A stretch of 64,000 bases of DNA from an uncultured Nitrospiraceae bacterium (GTDB lineage Bacteria > Nitrospirota > Nitrospiria > Nitrospirales > Nitrospiraceae): NCBI GenBank assembly GCA_963706325.1, contig CAVPLT010000005.1, positions 1 to 64,000 on the forward strand, given 5' to 3'. Position 1 is the stretch's first letter, and every line of letters starts with the position of its first letter. Made by a program: the position numbers and the translations under genes. Shown piece by piece: positions 61,319 through 64,000 of the stretch. A model generated the notes under the pieces. The model was not told the DNA's origin. It did no database searches and worked only from the letters and a program-made list of their open reading frames with translations.

Positions 61319-61347
61319 ACTATAGAGAGCCGTTGCCCAACGGTCAA
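61319..61347 (-). promoter_or_regulatory. leftward sigma70 promoter overlapped by palindromic operator
   Basis: TTGACC-N17-TATAGT on the minus strand. Perfect CCGTTG-CC-CAACGG at 61330-61343. Confidence 0.65.
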
Positions 61348-61476
61348 TAATGGGCTCATTTTTGTTGACTGCAGGACAACATTTCAGGTATATAAGGGCC
61401 CTATGAACAGTCCAGAGCTGAACCGAGACACCCCGCAGGCGCCCGCACGGGTTTCGCGCCTTGGTCAAAGAGGCAA

Positions 61477-61786
61477 ATGGAAACGGTCAACCTCAGTCTC
61501 AGGACTGTGGCCAGTGAAGCCGGCATTTCGCCGGCCTATCTTTCTCGGCTGTTATCGGGCGAACGGGGACTCCCGCCAGACGATACCCTTATTCTGAAGT
61601 TGGCAGAGGTACTTCACGTCGATCCGCCTGAACGGCTTCTTGTCGAAGCGAAGCGCGTTCCCAGATTTGCTGCTCCCGGCACTGTTGAGTGCGCACGAAG
61701 CGGTCTCGAAGGCAGATCTTAAGGAGGCGATGAAGCAGTTACAGGCGGTGATCCTGAACCAGAGGAAAAAGAGAGGGCGTCGATGA
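61477..61786 (+). pseudogene. XRE-family repressor (ImmR-like), frameshifted
   Basis: LSLRTVASEAGISPAYLSRLLSGERG. Correcting two extra bases extends it to an ATGA overlap with the next gene. Confidence 0.7.
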
Positions 61787-62330
61787 AGACGGTATCTGGA
61801 CTAATCGCCTCGTTGATTCATTGGCTGCGACGACCGGAACGCTTTATTCAGAAACTGCAGAGCCGTGTATCCTCTATGTCAGGACATTCCCTTTTCACCA
61901 TCAGGAAGAAGCCGCCGCGAATCAGGGGGTGGAAGTCCTGGAGACTACGTTCGGACCTAGGATCGAGGGCATCACCACACGTGACGAAGCCCAGGTCATG
62001 ATTGTGCTTCGTCGTGGACTCAATCCCTTAAATCGGCAGTTTGTCGTAGCGCACGAACTAGGGCATGTCCAGTTGCACCTTCCATGAAATGAGACAACAC
62101 CGATGCTCAGCCTATCACTTGGTCAGCAGTGATCATCGAGACATCGAGGCAGACGCGTTATGCCCTGGCTATGCCTGGTGGGATCATTGCCGACGGAACG
62201 GCTTAGCACACGAGGTGCTTACTCTACGTCCTTAACAACCGAGGAATGGCATGGCGGGCATTCCGCGTCGTCTGTTATCTATCCGGGTATCACCAGAGAA
62301 TTCGCCTGGCGAATAGGCTGGAGCGAGCCC
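61783..62330 (+). pseudogene. ImmA/IrrE-family metallopeptidase, frameshifted
   Basis: RQFVVAHELGHV and downstream IEADA. 3' end uncertain. Confidence 0.7.
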
Positions 62331-62361
62331 TGTCAGGCCTCCAGGCGAAAGGAACAGCATA

Positions 62362-63909
62362 ATGCCGGTTACACCTGCTCCTACAATTTGCGGCCTCTAC
62401 ACGCGTGTATCCACTCGCAATCAAGCCGACACGGAGTACAGTTCCCTCGAAACCCAACGTGAAAAGCTGGAGGCGTACTGTAAGAGCCAGGAACAGTACG
62501 TCGTCTATCGAGTCTATGAGGATGCTGGCTTTTCGGCGGACACGATGAATCGACCCGCCTTGAAAGAGTTGCTTCAAGATATTCGGGCTGGTCGGATTAC
62601 CTGCGTTCTGGCCTATAAAATTGATCGACTGACCCGATCAGTGAAGGATTTCCATGTCCTGATGGATTTATTTGACCGACATGGGGCCAAATTTGTGTCC
62701 ATCACGCAGAGCCTCGATACGCATCACCCGATGGGACGGTTGCTGCGGAATATTTTGTTGGATTTTGCCCAGTTTGAACGGGAAATGACGGCGGATCGTA
62801 CCCGAGACAAAATGCAGCAACGGGCGACCAAAGGACTGTGGAATGGCGGCAATGATTCCCTTTGGTTATCAGAATGACGAAAAACGTTTAGTGAAGCAGC
62901 CTCAGGAGTCGGCCTGCGTTGCAGTTTATGTTTCAATTCTTCGCTCAAGATCCCTCACTGACCCGCCTACGCGCAGAATTACATCGTCGTGGATGGTATT
63001 CACGCTCTGGCAAGCCCTGGGGCAAGATGACGATCGATTACATTCTGAGAAACCCCACCTATCAGGGCAAAGTCCATTTTAACGATCAGGTTTTCCAGGG
63101 CGAGCATGAGGCCATCGTGGAGGAGGGGCTCTTCCATAAAGTGCAATCGATGACCCGAGAACATAGCCGAGCTGAAACGAAGATCCAGAGGATCTTCCTT
63201 CTCAAGGGGCTACTGAAATGCAGTGTATGTGACTCAGTAATGACGCCCCACTACACGCAGAAGCGTCGAAAGGATCAGTCGATTCATCGCATCGCATACT
63301 ACCGCTGCACCAAGACCATGCATCAGAACAATGCAGTCTGCACGGTCAAGGCCCTCAATGCGGACACGGTAGAGCGTCAGGTTATTGAATACCTGTCCAC
63401 TCTGAGTCAGCAGGCGGATTGGGTAAAAGGGACCGTGGAGGAATTGAACCGCGACCAAAAGGAGCGAGTGCGACCACTGGAACAGGAAGCCATTCGCCTT
63501 AGGGCGAGCCTGGACAGGCTTGGAAAGAGAAATAGATAGACTGGTGCTAGGGGTGGGGCAGGGGACGGTGTCAGTCCAACGCCTTGAACAGGAGATGCAC
63601 CGTCAGCATAAAGAGCAGCAGGGCATAGAAGCCCAGTACCAAGCCGTGCAACGGCAGATCCAAGAGCATTCCGCGAGGGAGTACGATTCAGAGATCGTTC
63701 TACGAAACCTTAAGGATTTTCAAAGGGTTTTTGCAGCGTTGCTACCGAAAGAACAGATGGAGGTTCTTCGGTGTCTCGTGAGGGATATCATCGTATACCC
63801 CGACAAGCTCGTTTTCAATATCTTCGAGCTTGCCGAGGTAGGGACGAGTTCGCAGCAGCGTAAAGGTTGGCTCCCCGGGCAGGACTCGAACCTGCGACCA
63901 GCCGGTTAA
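62362..63909 (+). pseudogene. large serine recombinase (integrase), three apparent +1 frameshifts
   Basis: YTRVST catalytic Ser, DRLTRS, recombinase domain, LLKCSVC...YYRC Zn ribbon, coiled coil. The 3' end runs antisense into the tRNA. Confidence 0.85.
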
Positions 63910-63943
63910 CAGCCGGCTGCTCTACCAACTGAGCTACCGGGGA
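63868..63943 (-). tRNA. tRNA-Asn (GTT)
   Basis: TCCCCGG acceptor stem, AGCTCAGTTGGTAGAGC D-arm, GCCGG-CTGTTAA-CCGGC anticodon arm, GGTTCGAGTCC, encoded CCA. 76 nt. Confidence 0.97.
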
Positions 63944-64000
63944 ACTATAAGGTGCCAAATAAACTTCGGCATTCTAACAAAAAAGGGATGAGAAGGGGGA

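Larger units (their letters stand above)
56470..63878. mobile_element. ~7.4-kb integrative element at tRNA-Asn (serine recombinase + ImmA/repressor switch + RCR Rep-like gene + cargo)
   Basis: Flanking direct repeats overlap the tRNA CCA end, and the gene content fits. Confidence 0.7.

Noticed and set aside
56470..63878. Complete prophage or inovirus
   Set aside because: No Zot-like ATPase, coat, terminase or tail genes are recognisable.

Overview
A 64-kb bacterial chromosome window, most likely from Nitrospira (inferred from the UBact-proteasome operon and gene content). The left part (1-53.8 kb) is mostly intact genes: an NADPH/pentose-phosphate cluster (sthA, tal-pgi fusion, zwf) interrupted by a sigma54-promoter XRE/S24 regulator, an orphan CusA/CzcA RND pump, a divergent membrane-glycosidase/GT87 pair, an OmpA-target-class GN sortase cassette, a CHASE2-sigma54 activator, and the complete arc-dop-ubact-prcB-prcA-pafA operon. 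The best candidate for an undescribed system is at 44.3-51.5 kb. A PilZ-PilZ-LuxD-like thioesterase-SAM methyltransferase fusion is followed by a histidine kinase with a duplicated membrane sensor, and a YheT-type hydrolase converges on them. This may be a c-di-GMP-gated fatty-acid(-methyl-ester) signalling module. The right part (54-64 kb) is an integration hotspot at the 3' end of tRNA-Asn(GTT). It holds relics of two older large serine recombinases, a dead IS3, and a ~7.4-kb att-flanked element (rolling-circle Rep-like gene, hairpin cluster, cro/repressor/ImmA switch, large serine recombinase). The att core lies inside the recombinase reading frame. All calls come from reading motifs by eye; no database searches were run.
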